NCBI GenBank assembly: GCA_905182545.1
Contig: CAJJBY010000003.1
Span: forward strand, 30,892-94,891
Direction: 5' to 3'
Length of the DNA stretch: 64,000 nt
DNA from: an uncultured Candidatus Puniceispirillum sp.
Lineage (GTDB): Bacteria > Pseudomonadota > Alphaproteobacteria > Puniceispirillales > Puniceispirillaceae
This document shows, piece after piece, positions 53,401 to 62,934 of the stretch. Below the pieces are notes generated by a model. The model saw nothing but the letters and a program-made list of their open reading frames with translations, ran no database searches and was not told the DNA's origin. Each line of letters starts with the position of its first letter. Position 1 is the stretch's first letter. The position numbers were made by a program, and so were the translations under genes.

Positions 53401-53431
53401 AAGATGGATATCTTTCTAAGATTGATATCTT
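53401..53431. promoter_or_regulatory. Two adjacent 14-bp palindromes AAGAT-N4-ATCTT (candidate operator)
   Basis: AAGATGGATATCTT tct AAGATTGATATCTT, read directly from the sequence. It lies in the divergent gap between the aminotransferase (start 53332) and the GST (start 53495). Confidence 0.35.
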
Positions 53432-53494
53432 GGCAAGCTGGCTCAGACCTTTAGCCGCCTAGCGTGATTGCGTAAATAGATTGAGGACCAAAAA

Positions 53495-54118
53495 ATGGGA
53501 AATTATCACATCATCGGCAGGGCTGGCGCAGGGTCATTGATTGCCGAATTTTTATTTCGCGAGGCCGATATTGATTATGACATTTCCTTTCCTGATCCGG
53601 CCGAGGTGAAAAGCCCCGATTTTTTTGCGGCAAATCCACTTGGCCGGATTCCTGTTTTGATTTGTCCTGATGGAGCGCAGGTTTTTGAAACGCTGGCGAT
53701 CATTCACCATATCACCAGCCGTTTTGGCGACCTGGCACCGCCCCAAGGCACGCCGCAAAATGACCGCTATCAACAATATCTGGCACTTTTGGCCACATCG
53801 GTTTATCCGGCCTATCATCGCCAGCACCATACCCGCTATTATGGCGATGAGGCGGCGGCTGAAACGATCCGGCAAAAGGCGCGTGACGAACATCGGGTTA
53901 TTTTTGATCATCTTGAGGCCAGCCTTGACCCTTATATATGCGGGCAAACCCTTACCGCTGCCGATTTCTATCTTTATATGCTTAGCCGCTGGGATCTTAA
54001 TAAAACGGCAATGCGTGAAAACCGGCCGCGATTAAACGCCTTGCTTGATCGAATTCGCGCACGGCCAGCGGTTGCCGCCGTGATTGCAGCGCAGCCACGC
54101 CGCGCCAAACCAGCCTAA
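53495..54118 (+). CDS. Glutathione S-transferase family protein
   Basis: 207 aa with a thioredoxin-like N-domain (NPLGRIPVLICPDG...ETLAI) and a helical C-domain. Confidence 0.65.
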   Translation: MGNYHIIGRAGAGSLIAEFLFREADIDYDISFPDPAEVKSPDFFAANPLGRIPVLICPDGAQVFETLAIIHHITSRFGDLAPPQGTPQNDRYQQYLALLATSVYPAYHRQHHTRYYGDEAAAETIRQKARDEHRVIFDHLEASLDPYICGQTLTAADFYLYMLSRWDLNKTAMRENRPRLNALLDRIRARPAVAAVIAAQPRRAKPA

Positions 54119-54160
54119 TACCCAATCAAATCCGTCAAAAAAAGCCCGATAAATGACCAT

Positions 54161-54187
54161 AAAAAAGGCAGGCAAAATATGCCTGCC
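54161..54187 (-). terminator. Rho-independent terminator for the alpha/beta hydrolase gene (hairpin shared by convergent genes)
   Basis: GGCAGGCA-AAATA-TGCCTGCC: 8-bp stem and 5-nt loop at 54167-54187. On the minus strand it is followed by TTTTTT (54161-54166). It lies 38 nt past the stop at 54225. Confidence 0.65.
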
Positions 54188-54224
54188 CGATGTTCGGTTT
54201 TGATGTGATTGGTGATGATCGCGG

Positions 54225-55025
54225 CTAGAGGCCAGCCACCACATTGCGAATGATCTTGATGATCGCCGCTGGCTGCTCGGCGCAAGGGATATGGCCTGCA
54301 TCTTTCACCAGTTCAAATTTTGCACCTGGGATCATGTCGGCGGTGCCGCGCACCAGATCTGGCGGGGTGGCACCATCTTGATCACCAACAACGCAAACCG
54401 TTGGCACGGCAATATTTGGCGCTTGATCGCGGAAATCAGCATCACGAATGGCCATGCCGGTGCCGATATAGCCGTCAAGCGGCGTACGGGTGAACATTGC
54501 CCGATATCCATGCAGTTCGGTTGCACGATCGGCGTGAAAGGCTGGCGAGAACCAGCGCTGCATATTGGCATCAACGAGCGCGGCCAAGCCGCCATCACGC
54601 GCGATGGCGATGCGGTCATTCCACATTTCGGCATTGCCAATTTTGGCAGCCGTGTCGCAAAGGATCAGGGCTTTGGCAAGATCGGGGCGGGCGTGATACA
54701 GGCCTTGGGCAATCAGGCCGCCAACCGATAGCCCAACAACAACTGCGCCCGATAGGCCAAGATGATCCATCAAGGCAACAAGATCATTCACATGGTCATC
54801 AATCTGATAGGGCGGTGTTCCCATGCCGGATAGGCCATGGCCACGTTTGTCATAGCGAAGAATGGAATAATCAGCCGATAGATTGTCAACACAATCCTGC
54901 CAAATACGAAAATCAGTGGCAAGCGAGTTGGAAAAAACAATAAGCGGCTTGGCGGCGCCAGCATCATCAAATTGATAATGAATAGAGATACCGTTGATCG
55001 TTGCGAATTTCATGTCATGTCTCAT
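54225..55025 (-). CDS. Alpha/beta hydrolase, 3-oxoadipate enol-lactonase-like
   Basis: 266 aa: VFSNSLATD, GHGLS, nucleophile elbow GLSVGG, and C-terminal GHIPCAEQP. Confidence 0.65.
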   Translation of the reverse strand: MRHDMKFATINGISIHYQFDDAGAAKPLIVFSNSLATDFRIWQDCVDNLSADYSILRYDKRGHGLSGMGTPPYQIDDHVNDLVALMDHLGLSGAVVVGLSVGGLIAQGLYHARPDLAKALILCDTAAKIGNAEMWNDRIAIARDGGLAALVDANMQRWFSPAFHADRATELHGYRAMFTRTPLDGYIGTGMAIRDADFRDQAPNIAVPTVCVVGDQDGATPPDLVRGTADMIPGAKFELVKDAGHIPCAEQPAAIIKIIRNVVAGL

Positions 55026-55052
55026 TTTACTAAAGGTACAAAAGCGGGCGGG

Positions 55053-56858
55053 TTAGGGCTGTTGGGGCTGGATGATGCCTTCTTCCAACGCCTTGATTTG
55101 CAGGGCTAGATATTTCGAATAGATTCGGCATTGGGCAAAGCTGCCAGCGATAAACCATAGGCCGGGCTGTCCAGTCTGACAATACATGTTGCGCAGTTCC
55201 ATGCCATCACCAAAGCCCCAGATAGGACCAATCCGTGCGGCAATCTCATCGCCAAATAATTTACTGACAAGATATTCCTGCGGTTTATAGCCGGTTGCCA
55301 TAATGACAATATCAGCGTCGATTTTACGACCATCTTTCATCACCATGCCATAATCGGTGAATTGGTCAATCTGGTCGAATTGCACAAGATCAATTTTGCC
55401 CTCGGCAAGCAGGTCAGAACAGCCAACATTGAAATAATAGCCACCACCACGGGTGAGATATTTAAACTGCCAGCCGGTATCGTCATCGCCAAAATCCAGC
55501 TTGAACCCAACATTTTCCAAACCATCAAGAAGCGCCTTATCGGTTTTGCGCGCGGCTTTGGTGAAATGGCGATGTGCCTGTTTGACAAGCGGGGTTGGCA
55601 TTGAGGTGGTGATGAAATCACATTCATCCGTGCCGCGGCCTTCGTCATACAGCTTATAGGGGAATTGGGCACTAGGTTCGATATTCACAACAAGGCTGGG
55701 GCTGCGCTGGATCATGGTGACTTTGGCACCGCTTGAATACAGGTCTTGTGAGATATCATGGCCGCTATTGCCGCAACCAAGAACGATGGCATGTTTTCCT
55801 GACCAATCTTCGCCATCATGATATTGGCTCGAATGAACCGCTGGCCCTTGGAAGGCTGAAAGGGAGTCAATTTTGGGAAGATTGGGAATGCCGCTAACGC
55901 CAGTGGCCATAATGACATGGCGCGGTGACATATGACGTTTGCCGCCATCGGCGGTGTTTAATGCAACCTGCCAGCGTCCGGCCTTGTCATCATAACTGGC
56001 CTTTGTCACTTCGCATTGGGTCCAGAAATTCAGCTCCATTGCGGTGGCGTAGGACTCAAACCATAAGGCCAGCATATCCTTTGGAATATAGGTCGGCCAT
56101 GTCGGCGGAAAAGGCATATAGGGAAGATGATTAACATGAAGCTGATTATGCAAGGTCAGTGCATGATAGCGATTGCGCCAATTATCGCCAACGCGGCGGT
56201 TTTTATCGACGATCAATGTGTCAATACCAAGCTGGGTTAGTCGTGCGGCAATCGCCAAGCCAGCCTGCCCACCACCAACAACCAAAACGGCTGGATCATG
56301 GGTTTCATAGCTGGCGGCAGCAAGGCGTTTATCCAGCCAGTTTCGCCCGCGAAAATCACGCGAATAGGATTGACCTGTTGGACGGTTACGGTCGGTTTTT
56401 TCTTCAAATCCGATCAATGCATCAATTGCGGTAAAAAATGTCCATGCCCGATAATGGTCAGGATGTTTGTCATCTGCATTTAGCCGCAAAATACCACGGC
56501 AATGCGCGGCATCGGTGGTAAAGGTGACAAAGGCTTCGATCGCATCATTGCCAGCACGGGTCACAAGGCGCGGTGCGGTGGCTTGGGGATTAAGCGTGAT
56601 TGCGCTGATTCCGCTTTTGGCCGCAGCCGCGGGAAGGCTGTTTAGAATGTCTGTTGCGCCAACAATGGTTTGAAGCTGCCAGCTGAGCGCTAGCGCATCG
56701 CGCCAAAAGCTGTTGTCATGAAATAGTCTAGCAAAACCCGCCGGTGCATCATCAGCAGATGATGATGTTTGATGCAGGGCGGCGTTGAAGCGGCAAAGCC
56801 AGTCATCAACAATCGAATCAATCTTAGATATTGCGGTTTGGTCGTTCACTATTTCCAA
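55053..56858 (-). CDS. Class B flavin-dependent monooxygenase (FMO/BVMO-like) with an N-terminal extension
   Basis: 601 aa with two dinucleotide motifs, VVGGGQAGLAIAARL and VLGCGNSGHDI, plus DNWRNRYHALTLH. The start is TTG at 56858. Confidence 0.7.
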   Translation of the reverse strand: MEIVNDQTAISKIDSIVDDWLCRFNAALHQTSSSADDAPAGFARLFHDNSFWRDALALSWQLQTIVGATDILNSLPAAAAKSGISAITLNPQATAPRLVTRAGNDAIEAFVTFTTDAAHCRGILRLNADDKHPDHYRAWTFFTAIDALIGFEEKTDRNRPTGQSYSRDFRGRNWLDKRLAAASYETHDPAVLVVGGGQAGLAIAARLTQLGIDTLIVDKNRRVGDNWRNRYHALTLHNQLHVNHLPYMPFPPTWPTYIPKDMLALWFESYATAMELNFWTQCEVTKASYDDKAGRWQVALNTADGGKRHMSPRHVIMATGVSGIPNLPKIDSLSAFQGPAVHSSQYHDGEDWSGKHAIVLGCGNSGHDISQDLYSSGAKVTMIQRSPSLVVNIEPSAQFPYKLYDEGRGTDECDFITTSMPTPLVKQAHRHFTKAARKTDKALLDGLENVGFKLDFGDDDTGWQFKYLTRGGGYYFNVGCSDLLAEGKIDLVQFDQIDQFTDYGMVMKDGRKIDADIVIMATGYKPQEYLVSKLFGDEIAARIGPIWGFGDGMELRNMYCQTGQPGLWFIAGSFAQCRIYSKYLALQIKALEEGIIQPQQP

Positions 56859-57291
56859 AACCTTTTTTTAAATCGCCAATCTCATTGGTATCAAGTCGCT
56901 AAGATCATCAAGGACGGCTGAGTTGCGTTGGTTTTACTATCCTAATCATACCCATCCTTCTGGCAATATTGATATCATAATTTTTGCGCCAAAGCCGGAA
57001 ATTGCTGTAGAACTCACGCACTGATTCGGGTGATGGCTGGCATCAGATAATCGGACGAAATAGCCGATTTATCGAAATATAAACCTGTTTTCTGCGGGTG
57101 CCAAAGACAGGATTAGCGATCAAGTAAGTTGCGCTGTATGGTCAAATCAGCCAATTGAATAAAAATGGAATTAAATTTCGGTAGTTTTCAGACAATACTT
57201 GACCAACGTCTATTCGTTGTCTCTTAATAATTACCGTCTTTAATTGGCGGGAACGCTAAAAAATAAAAATCCGATAATCGGGAGGAATGAT

Positions 57292-58584
57292 ATGACAAAT
57301 AAACTTCTCAAAGGTGCTTTGGGGGTTGCGGCTGTTTCGGCTGTCGCTCTTGCGGGTGGAATTGCCCACGCCAAGGATGCAATTACAATTGCGGTGCCGT
57401 CGTTTTTAACAGGTGGTGCTGCCGGTCCATTTGGTATCCCTGCTATGAATGGTGCCAAAATGGTTACTGATGCCATTAATGCTGGAAAGCTTCCGGCACC
57501 TTACAATACCAAAGGCTTTGGCGGGGCGACTGCAAGTGTTATCCCTCTAGACGAAGGTGGTGGCGCCACGAAGCAAGTGGCGGAATACAGAAACCTCGTT
57601 GAAAAGAGAAATGTAGACGCGATCGTTGGCTATATTTCTTCAGGAAATTGTCAAGCTCTTGCGCCAGTTGCTGAAGAACTAAAGCAGTTCACCATTTTTG
57701 CGACCTGTGGAACGCCAAGAATATTTGAGGAATCTGCAAGAAAATATGTTTTTAGAACAATGGGTCATGCTACCGCCGACAACGTAGCTGCCGCTATGTA
57801 TGTCAAAGAAAAATTCCCTGATATGAAAGGGTATACCGGTATCAATCAGAATTATGCTTGGGGGCAGGACTCTTGGCGTGATTTTGACCTTACGTTGCAA
57901 CAGATTATGCCAAACACAAAGGCATCAGGTAAAACTCAATTCCCGAAAATCTTTGCTGGACAGTACGGCTCAGAGATTTCGGCGATGTCGCTTGACAAGG
58001 CAGATTTGATTCACACCAGTTTCTGGGGTGGCGACCTTGAGGCCTTTATTTTCCAGGGTAACGCTCGGGGACTGTTCAAGAAAAAAATTGGTGTTTTCAC
58101 AGTCGGCGGAACCGCAGCCTATCGTCTTGGCAAGAAATTGCCGAACGGACTTGTTCTTGGAGCGCGTGGGCCTTACGGAATTCTCGTGAAAGATCGCGAT
58201 ACGGTGCTTAACAACTGGTTTGTAAACACATACAAAAACCTCTATGGCACATATCCATCTGGGCCTGCTTACCAGTATGGTCAGGCAATTTTAGCCGCCA
58301 AAATTGCTTATGACAAAGCTGGTAGCGATGCGACCAACGAGCAGCTTGCTGACGCGTTGCGCGGAATTACGTTTGAATCATTTTCAACCACCATTGAGAT
58401 GAAGCTGGGTAATGGACACCAAGCTGCAACCGAAAATGGATACGGTATCACCGAGTATGACTCAGAAAACGGCGAGAATGTGGTTAAGGACATTAAGTTT
58501 TACCCTGCGTCGTGCGTATTACCTCCTGAAGGCCAGAACAGTGTGGACTGGATCAAAGGTGGCATGAAAGGTGCGAAGTGCTAA
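57292..58584 (+). CDS. ABC transporter periplasmic substrate-binding protein, LivJ/K-type (PBP type I)
   Basis: Signal peptide MTNKLLKGALGVAAVSAVALAGGIAHA after GGGAGG. The PBP1 fold pattern runs throughout. It is first in a five-gene ABC operon. Confidence 0.8.
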   Translation: MTNKLLKGALGVAAVSAVALAGGIAHAKDAITIAVPSFLTGGAAGPFGIPAMNGAKMVTDAINAGKLPAPYNTKGFGGATASVIPLDEGGGATKQVAEYRNLVEKRNVDAIVGYISSGNCQALAPVAEELKQFTIFATCGTPRIFEESARKYVFRTMGHATADNVAAAMYVKEKFPDMKGYTGINQNYAWGQDSWRDFDLTLQQIMPNTKASGKTQFPKIFAGQYGSEISAMSLDKADLIHTSFWGGDLEAFIFQGNARGLFKKKIGVFTVGGTAAYRLGKKLPNGLVLGARGPYGILVKDRDTVLNNWFVNTYKNLYGTYPSGPAYQYGQAILAAKIAYDKAGSDATNEQLADALRGITFESFSTTIEMKLGNGHQAATENGYGITEYDSENGENVVKDIKFYPASCVLPPEGQNSVDWIKGGMKGAKC

Positions 58585-58594
58585 CTCGATAATT

Positions 58595-58625
58595 TTCCAC
58601 CAGCAGGCGATACCTGCTGGTGGAA
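58595..58625 (+). terminator. Perfect 13-bp stem-loop between the binding-protein and permease genes (partial terminator or mRNA stabiliser)
   Basis: TTCCACCAGCAGG-CGATA-CCTGCTGGTGGAA, 10 nt after the stop. It is followed by the moderately T-rich CTATTGTTTAACTTCTTT. Confidence 0.5.
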
Positions 58626-58672
58626 CTATTGTTTAACTTCTTTACTCTTAATTCTACTGTGGGGGATCTGTT

Positions 58673-59569
58673 GTGGAAGCGGCTCTGACTATTCTTCTCG
58701 ACGGACTTCAGTTTTCGTCATATTTATTCATTGTGTCTGCGGGCCTTACCATCATCTTTGGTGTGATGAAGATTCTCAATGTGGCGCACGGAAGTTTCTA
58801 TGCCTGGGGTGCATACACTGCAGCCTTCTTTATTGGCAAATTTTCGGATATGGGTTTGCCTGATGCCTTGGGTTTTTTACTCATTGTTGCGGCGGCCATC
58901 GTTGTTGGTGTCATTCTTGGTTTTATCATAGAACAAGGCATCTTGAAGCACATGTATGAGCGCGATGAAGTTTTGATCGTGTTAGCTACGTTTGGCTTAT
59001 TCCTCGTCTTAGAAGATATCATCCTAATAGCCTTTGGAACTGACCCTTACTTCGCATATCAACCAATGGCGCTTTTGGGACCGGTTGAATTGGGGGGCAT
59101 TACAAGGGATGTTTATGGATTAACCCTAATAGGGGTGGCGGCAGTTGTGGCTGTAGGCTGTTGGTGGCTGTTGAACAAAACTAAATGGGGTACCCTTCTC
59201 AAAGCAGTTATTTTTGATCGTGAGATGGGTATCTCGATGGGTATCAATGTCCCACTCGTTTACACATTAACCTTCATTGGTGGCGCGATTTTGGGTGGTC
59301 TAGGGGGCGCCTATATTGCGCCAACAATCTCAGTCGCACCAGGCCTTGGTACTGAAGTGATTGTGCTGTCTTTTGCGGTTGTTGTTGTTGGTGGTATGGG
59401 ATCCATTGTGGGTGCAGCAATTGGATCATTGATAATTGGGCTTCTGCGCGCAATTGCTGTGCATGAACTGCCGCAAGTTGAGCTTTTTGTTGTCTTCGCT
59501 GTGATGGCCGTAGTCCTTGTGTTTCGTCCAGAAGGCTTGTTTGCTCCAGCCAAACCTAGGAAAATTTAA
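58673..59569 (+). CDS. Branched-chain amino acid-type ABC permease (LivH-type)
   Basis: 298 aa and polytopic. It has a LivH-like N-terminus (LLDGLQFSSYLFIVSAGLTIIFGVMKILNVAHGSFY). GTG start. Confidence 0.8.
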   Translation: MEAALTILLDGLQFSSYLFIVSAGLTIIFGVMKILNVAHGSFYAWGAYTAAFFIGKFSDMGLPDALGFLLIVAAAIVVGVILGFIIEQGILKHMYERDEVLIVLATFGLFLVLEDIILIAFGTDPYFAYQPMALLGPVELGGITRDVYGLTLIGVAAVVAVGCWWLLNKTKWGTLLKAVIFDREMGISMGINVPLVYTLTFIGGAILGGLGGAYIAPTISVAPGLGTEVIVLSFAVVVVGGMGSIVGAAIGSLIIGLLRAIAVHELPQVELFVVFAVMAVVLVFRPEGLFAPAKPRKI

Positions 59570-59570
59570 G

Positions 59571-60512
59571 ATGTTTAATGACAGAACAGCAAAATTTTTA
59601 TTGTTGGCTGCGATGATGATCTGTGTTGGTGGTGCTTTTGCGCCAAACTGGATTGTAAACCAATTTATGTTTGGATTTTCAAGGGCTCTTGCGATCCTTG
59701 GTCTCATGGTGTTGTGGCGCACAGGGTTGGTCTCTTTCGGCCATGCTTTTTATTTTGGGTTGGGAGCGTATGCTGTTGCGATCCTCGACAGCAAATTTGG
59801 AGTTTCCGACGTGTTTCTCCGACTAATGGCAGGTGCTGTTGTTGCGGGCTCCGCTGGTTTTTTAATCGGCTTCATAATGAGAAACTACCGAGACATCTTT
59901 TTTGCGATGCTAAACACAGCGATATCAATGGTGCTTTTTGGCATCGTGGTAAAAACTGAATCCTTAGGATCGACGGATGGCTTTGCGATCTCTGCGTCAA
60001 CCATATTTGGGCTTGCGCCTGAGACAAAATATCCGTTGTTTGTGATCATCACACTTGTCGGTTTAACAGCAGCACTTTTGGTTAATTTCTATCTGAAAAC
60101 GACCTTTGGAAAACTAACTACTGCTATCAGAGACAACGAGATAAGAGTTGAGTATCTCGGTTTTTCAGTCGCTCACGCAATACATCTTAAATACACCATA
60201 TCGGCGATTTTGGCTGGCGGAGCCGGTGCGTTGATGGCGATGTCGCTCGGACAAGTAGACCCAGAGTCGATGATTAACTGGACAGTATCTGGAGAGCTTG
60301 TTTTTGTTACCATCTTGTCAGGCCCCGGCAATGTTATTGCACCGTTTATCGGGTCTCTGGTTTTTGAAATCCTGAGGACTTATGCGTTTGAATTAGCCCC
60401 CCAAGCTTGGCAGTTGATTATGGGGGCGACGTTCTTAACGATCATATTCTTCTTACCTGGAGGAATATGGAGTTTGATTGAGAAGTTGGGAGGGAAGAAA
60501 AATGAAAAATAG
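59571..60512 (+). CDS. Branched-chain amino acid-type ABC permease (LivM-type)
   Basis: ATG at 59571, 1 nt after the LivH-type stop. It is polytopic, with GLVSFGHAFYFGLGAY typical of LivM. Confidence 0.8.
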   Translation: MFNDRTAKFLLLAAMMICVGGAFAPNWIVNQFMFGFSRALAILGLMVLWRTGLVSFGHAFYFGLGAYAVAILDSKFGVSDVFLRLMAGAVVAGSAGFLIGFIMRNYRDIFFAMLNTAISMVLFGIVVKTESLGSTDGFAISASTIFGLAPETKYPLFVIITLVGLTAALLVNFYLKTTFGKLTTAIRDNEIRVEYLGFSVAHAIHLKYTISAILAGGAGALMAMSLGQVDPESMINWTVSGELVFVTILSGPGNVIAPFIGSLVFEILRTYAFELAPQAWQLIMGATFLTIIFFLPGGIWSLIEKLGGKKNEK

Positions 60513-61275
60513 CTCTTCGATCCTTGAGGTTCGCGACTTGCTCAAAACATTTGGAGCAGTTGTTGCCGCAAAAGATATAAATGTTGATATTTCGCAGGGT
60601 GAAATTGTTGGTATTATCGGTGCAAATGGAGCGGGGAAAACATGTTTTGTTAACATGGTTACAGGGTATCTCGCGCCAACTGGAGGCAGCATAAAATTTG
60701 AAGGGACTGAATTAGTTGGTCTTGAAACGCGCAAAATAACGCATGCGGGCATTTCTCGTTCTTTTCAAGTTTCTCAAGTTTTCCATTCGATGACAGTCGC
60801 AGAAAATCTAATGATTGCGTTGGCTATTGCGAATAATCGTGGCACTGATGCGCTTAGTTTAATGGACACACCAGACTTACGGTTAAAGCTTGATGAAGTG
60901 CTCAAGCGTTATAAGTTGGAACCTCAAAAGGATGCCACAGTGAGCGCTCTTGCGCAGGGCGTCCGAAAACTCCTTGATATTGCAATGGCAGTTGTCAGCA
61001 AGCCCCGCATCCTCCTATTAGACGAACCAACAAGTGGTATCAGCGTTGAAGAAAAGTTTGATTTCATGGACATTGTTATGGGCGCTCTAAGAGAGGATGG
61101 TGTTACCGTTCTTTTCGTAGAGCACGATATGGAAATTGTTGAGCGTTACGTTAGCCGCGTGCTGGCATTCTATCAGGGCGAAATTATTGCTGACATGCCT
61201 CCGAAGAAAGCGTTGGCTGATAAGAAAGTGCAAGAATTTGTTATTGGAAAAGAGCACCACAAAAAAAAGAAATAG
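60502..61275 (+). CDS. ABC transporter ATP-binding protein (LivG-type)
   Basis: Walker A GANGAGKT, Q-loop, signature-like LAQGVRKLL, and Walker B LLLDEPTSG. Confidence 0.85.
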   Translation: MKNSSSILEVRDLLKTFGAVVAAKDINVDISQGEIVGIIGANGAGKTCFVNMVTGYLAPTGGSIKFEGTELVGLETRKITHAGISRSFQVSQVFHSMTVAENLMIALAIANNRGTDALSLMDTPDLRLKLDEVLKRYKLEPQKDATVSALAQGVRKLLDIAMAVVSKPRILLLDEPTSGISVEEKFDFMDIVMGALREDGVTVLFVEHDMEIVERYVSRVLAFYQGEIIADMPPKKALADKKVQEFVIGKEHHKKKK

Positions 61276-61284
61276 GATCTAGTC

Positions 61285-61929
61285 ATGCTTGCAGTTAACG
61301 CTCTCGACGTTGATATCAACGGGACTCCGATACTTCGAGGTATTGGGTTAGAGATAAATTCTGGTGAAATTATTGGTCTGATTGGTAGAAATGGTGCTGG
61401 GAAAACCACATTTCTTCGATCAGTGATGGGGCTTTTGCCAATTGTTGATGGCAGTATCCACCACAATGATAAGGACCTAAAAGAAGAGCCTGGTTATCGC
61501 AGAGCTCATATGGGTTTTGGATATATGCCAGAAGATCGGCGGCTTGTTCCTGAGATGACAGCGGAGCAGAATATCCTTGTTCCTGTTTGGTCCACCAATA
61601 TTCCAGATCATGCTGCGCGTCTCGAATGGATATATAAAATCATTCCTGAATGTGAAAAATTTAGAGATATGCCTGCAACTTCGCTCTCCGGCGGTCAACA
61701 GAAATTGGTCGCTTTGGCGCGCGCATTGATGGTTGGCCAGACGTTATTGTTATTGGATGAGCCAACGGAGGGAATTGCGCCCGTTTTGGCCCAGCGGATG
61801 GGTGAAATTCTTGCTTCGTTAAAACAAGAAGGCGTTTCGATTATTATTGCCGAGTCCAACGATGCGCACGTCGCCGATGTAATTGATAGAACCTACGTTA
61901 TTGAACGAGGTTCGATTGTTACCGCTTGA
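61285..61929 (+). CDS. ABC transporter ATP-binding protein (LivF-type)
   Basis: Walker A GRNGAGKTT, signature LSGGQQK, and Walker B LLLDEPTEG. Confidence 0.85.
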   Translation: MLAVNALDVDINGTPILRGIGLEINSGEIIGLIGRNGAGKTTFLRSVMGLLPIVDGSIHHNDKDLKEEPGYRRAHMGFGYMPEDRRLVPEMTAEQNILVPVWSTNIPDHAARLEWIYKIIPECEKFRDMPATSLSGGQQKLVALARALMVGQTLLLLDEPTEGIAPVLAQRMGEILASLKQEGVSIIIAESNDAHVADVIDRTYVIERGSIVTA

Positions 61930-61945
61930 TCAGGTGAATATATAA

Positions 61946-62872
61946 ATGGAATTTAAGGCTGAAGGCGTCATACCAGCAACACTGGTAGCCTTTGAAACAG
62001 ATTTTGAAATTGACATTGCGGCATCGAGAAAACATTTGCGTGATGTTGCTGATGTTGTGGGTCTTAGTGCGATCACGGTCAATGGACATGCGTCGGAAAT
62101 TCATGCTTTCAGCTTTGCTGAACAACAGCAGCTTTTGGCCGAGTCACTTGACGAGGTTGGGGATGCGTTGCCGCTGGTAAACGGGGTTTATGCCGATGGC
62201 AGCCACGCGGCTGTCGCGGTGGCAAAAATGGCGGCCAGCGAAGGCGCGGCTGCGCTGTTGGTATTCCCGCCAAACAGCATGATTATGGGCGGCCAGCTTC
62301 GCCCCGATATGGCGATTGCCCATTTTAAAATGATTGCCGATGCAACTGATCTGCCGTTGATTCTATTTCAATATCCGGCAAGCACCGGCCTTGGCTATCC
62401 GTTCGAAACGATGCTGCAAATTTTTGCCGAAGTGCCAAGCGTCGTTGCGATCAAGGATTGGTGTAATGATCCGATGTTGCATGAGCGTCACATAAAAACC
62501 TTTCAATCATTGCCGCGCAAGGTGAATGTGTTGTCAACGCATTCATCATGGTTGATGGCATCATTATCAATGAAGCCTGCTGGTTTGCTGTCGGGCGCAG
62601 GAAGTGTGATTGCCGATTTGCAGGTCGAGCTATTCAACGCAATGCAGCGCGATGATCTGACAATGGCGCGCGCGATCAATGATCGGATTTACCCGCTGGC
62701 ACAGGCTTTTTATCGCGCGCCGTTTCTGGATATGCATAACCGGATGAAGGAATGTCTTGTGCTTTTGGGGCGGTTGGATCAGGCGATTGTCAGGCCGCCT
62801 TTGCAAAAGCTTGAAGAAGATGAAATTGCTAAGCTGAAACAAGCGCTGGTTGCCGCAGGCCTGCGAAATTAG
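61946..62872 (+). CDS. Dihydrodipicolinate synthase / N-acetylneuraminate lyase family (class I aldolase) protein
   Basis: 308 aa with a DapA-family TIM-barrel pattern (ITVNGHASE, LVFPP, ILFQYP, VAIKDW). It is probably not the housekeeping dapA, given its context. Confidence 0.65.
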   Translation: MEFKAEGVIPATLVAFETDFEIDIAASRKHLRDVADVVGLSAITVNGHASEIHAFSFAEQQQLLAESLDEVGDALPLVNGVYADGSHAAVAVAKMAASEGAAALLVFPPNSMIMGGQLRPDMAIAHFKMIADATDLPLILFQYPASTGLGYPFETMLQIFAEVPSVVAIKDWCNDPMLHERHIKTFQSLPRKVNVLSTHSSWLMASLSMKPAGLLSGAGSVIADLQVELFNAMQRDDLTMARAINDRIYPLAQAFYRAPFLDMHNRMKECLVLLGRLDQAIVRPPLQKLEEDEIAKLKQALVAAGLRN

Positions 62873-62934
62873 GCGCGGCTCGCCCAATTTTCAACTTTAT
62901 GCTTAGACTTGATTTTTGAAATGAGGAATTGATC

